A stretch of 64,000 bases of DNA. Origin: Paracoccus sp. (in: a-proteobacteria) (GTDB lineage: Bacteria > Pseudomonadota > Alphaproteobacteria > Rhodobacterales > Rhodobacteraceae). Under the pieces are notes generated by a model. That model made no database searches. It was not told the DNA's origin and was given only the letters and a program-made list of their open reading frames with translations. The translations under genes were made by a program, and so were the position numbers. Positions 63,216-64,000 of this stretch are shown piece by piece. The stretch lies in NCBI RefSeq assembly GCF_047605025.1, contig NZ_JASGGO010000015.1, positions 2,970-66,969 on the forward strand. The letters are read 5' to 3'. Position 1 is the stretch's first letter; each line of letters begins with the position of its first letter.

Positions 63216-64000
63216 TCAGCGCATCTCTTTGGCCGGAGTCACGCCCAAGATACCAAGACCGGCCGAAATAACAACGCCGACGGCCCGCACAAGCGCGATT
63301 TTCGCCGAAGTCGCGGCCAAATCGCCCTCTTGCACGAAACGCAGGCCGGTTTCCTCATTCCCCCGGTTCCATAGCGAATGCAGGTCCGAGGCGATGTCAT
63401 ACAGGAAAAACGCGACCCGGTGCGGCTCATGGGCGCGGGCGGCGATCTCGACCGTGCGCGGCCATTCGGCGACCTTCCTGGCCAGTTCCAGTTCGGCCGG
63501 ATGGTCCAGCCGGTCCAGATCCGCCCCGGCCAGCGCGGCATCGGCGACATCGACCCCCAGCCCCGCCGCCCGACCCAGGACCGAGTTCACCCGCGCGCTG
63601 GCATATTGCACATACCAGACCGGGTTGTCCTTGGACTGTTCCAGCACGCGGGCAAAGTCGAAATCCAGCGCCGCGTCGTTCTTGCGCGTCAGCATGTGAA
63701 AGCGCGTCACATCCGCGCCCGCCTGCTCGACAACATCGCGCAGGGTGACGAAGGTGCCGGCGCGCTTGGACATCTTGAAGGGCTCGCCGTTCTTGAACAG
63801 CTTGACCAGCTGGATCAGCTTGACATCCAGCGGCACGCGGCCATCGGACAGCGCCTTCACGGCGGCGGTCATGCGCTTGACATAGCCGCCATGGTCGGCG
63901 CCGAACACGTCGATCAACTGGTCGAAGCCCCGGTCGATCTTGTCCCAGTGATAGGCGATGTCGGGCGCGAAATAGGTCCAGGAGCCATCCGATTTCTTCA
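63216..64000 (-). CDS. argS: Arginine--tRNA ligase, C-terminal part (continues beyond the right edge)
   Basis: ...DHGGYVKRM..., [15 protein letters not shown] (KMSK) and the DALR anticodon-binding region, ending ...PAKEMR. Confidence 0.93.
   Translation of the reverse strand, partial: KKSDGSWTYFAPDIAYHWDKIDRGFDQLIDVFGADHGGYVKRMTAAVKALSDGRVPLDVKLIQLVKLFKNGEPFKMSKRAGTFVTLRDVVEQAGADVTRFHMLTRKNDAALDFDFARVLEQSKDNPVWYVQYASARVNSVLGRAAGLGVDVADAALAGADLDRLDHPAELELARKVAEWPRTVEIAARAHEPHRVAFFLYDIASDLHSLWNRGNEETGLRFVQEGDLAATSAKIALVRAVGVVISAGLGILGVTPAKEMR

Overview
High-GC alphaproteobacterial chromosome segment. Gene content and order look like Rhodobacterales (Paracoccus/Rhodobacter-like); this is recognised from motifs by eye, no search was run. 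The window is almost entirely core housekeeping. Main blocks are glnB-glnA, dtd, a DEAD-box helicase, tdk, ndk, an ABC-F ATPase, hemF and clpS. Further blocks are tatABC plus a DUF815 ATPase, pepA-holC divergent from lptF-lptG-lptD-surA-pdxA-rsmA, prfA-prmC and rpsF-rpsR-rplI. The right half holds fnrL divergent from hemN, polA, rpmF-plsX-fabH, ihfA-merR, dcd and argS-SPOR-nagZ-scpA-scpB. There are two tRNAs (Leu-TAG, Pro-GGG) and one IS630-family element, inserted exactly on the rsmA stop codon. I see no CRISPR array, prophage, integrase or recognisable defence island. Accessory-looking content is limited to the IS, a divergent GT14-glycosyltransferase/sulfotransferase pair, a GT8-like gene behind a ~610-bp AT-rich gap, and a few unknown ORFs. 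The most novel-looking signal is non-coding: a short intergenic box (GGRTATTTG...AAGAAAG) with at least 7 copies. It is nearly always placed just 3' of a GC-rich hairpin and mostly within ~30-75 nt of the stop codon of a co-oriented gene. Two copies are 31/33 identical, and two others carry isomorphic but sequence-divergent 16-bp hairpins. Two near-consensus FNR boxes, a few alpha-type sigma70 promoters and several intrinsic terminators are also readable. Many long ORFs in the track are high-GC shadow ORFs opposite real genes and are rejected. Start codons were chosen by hand and several are uncertain.
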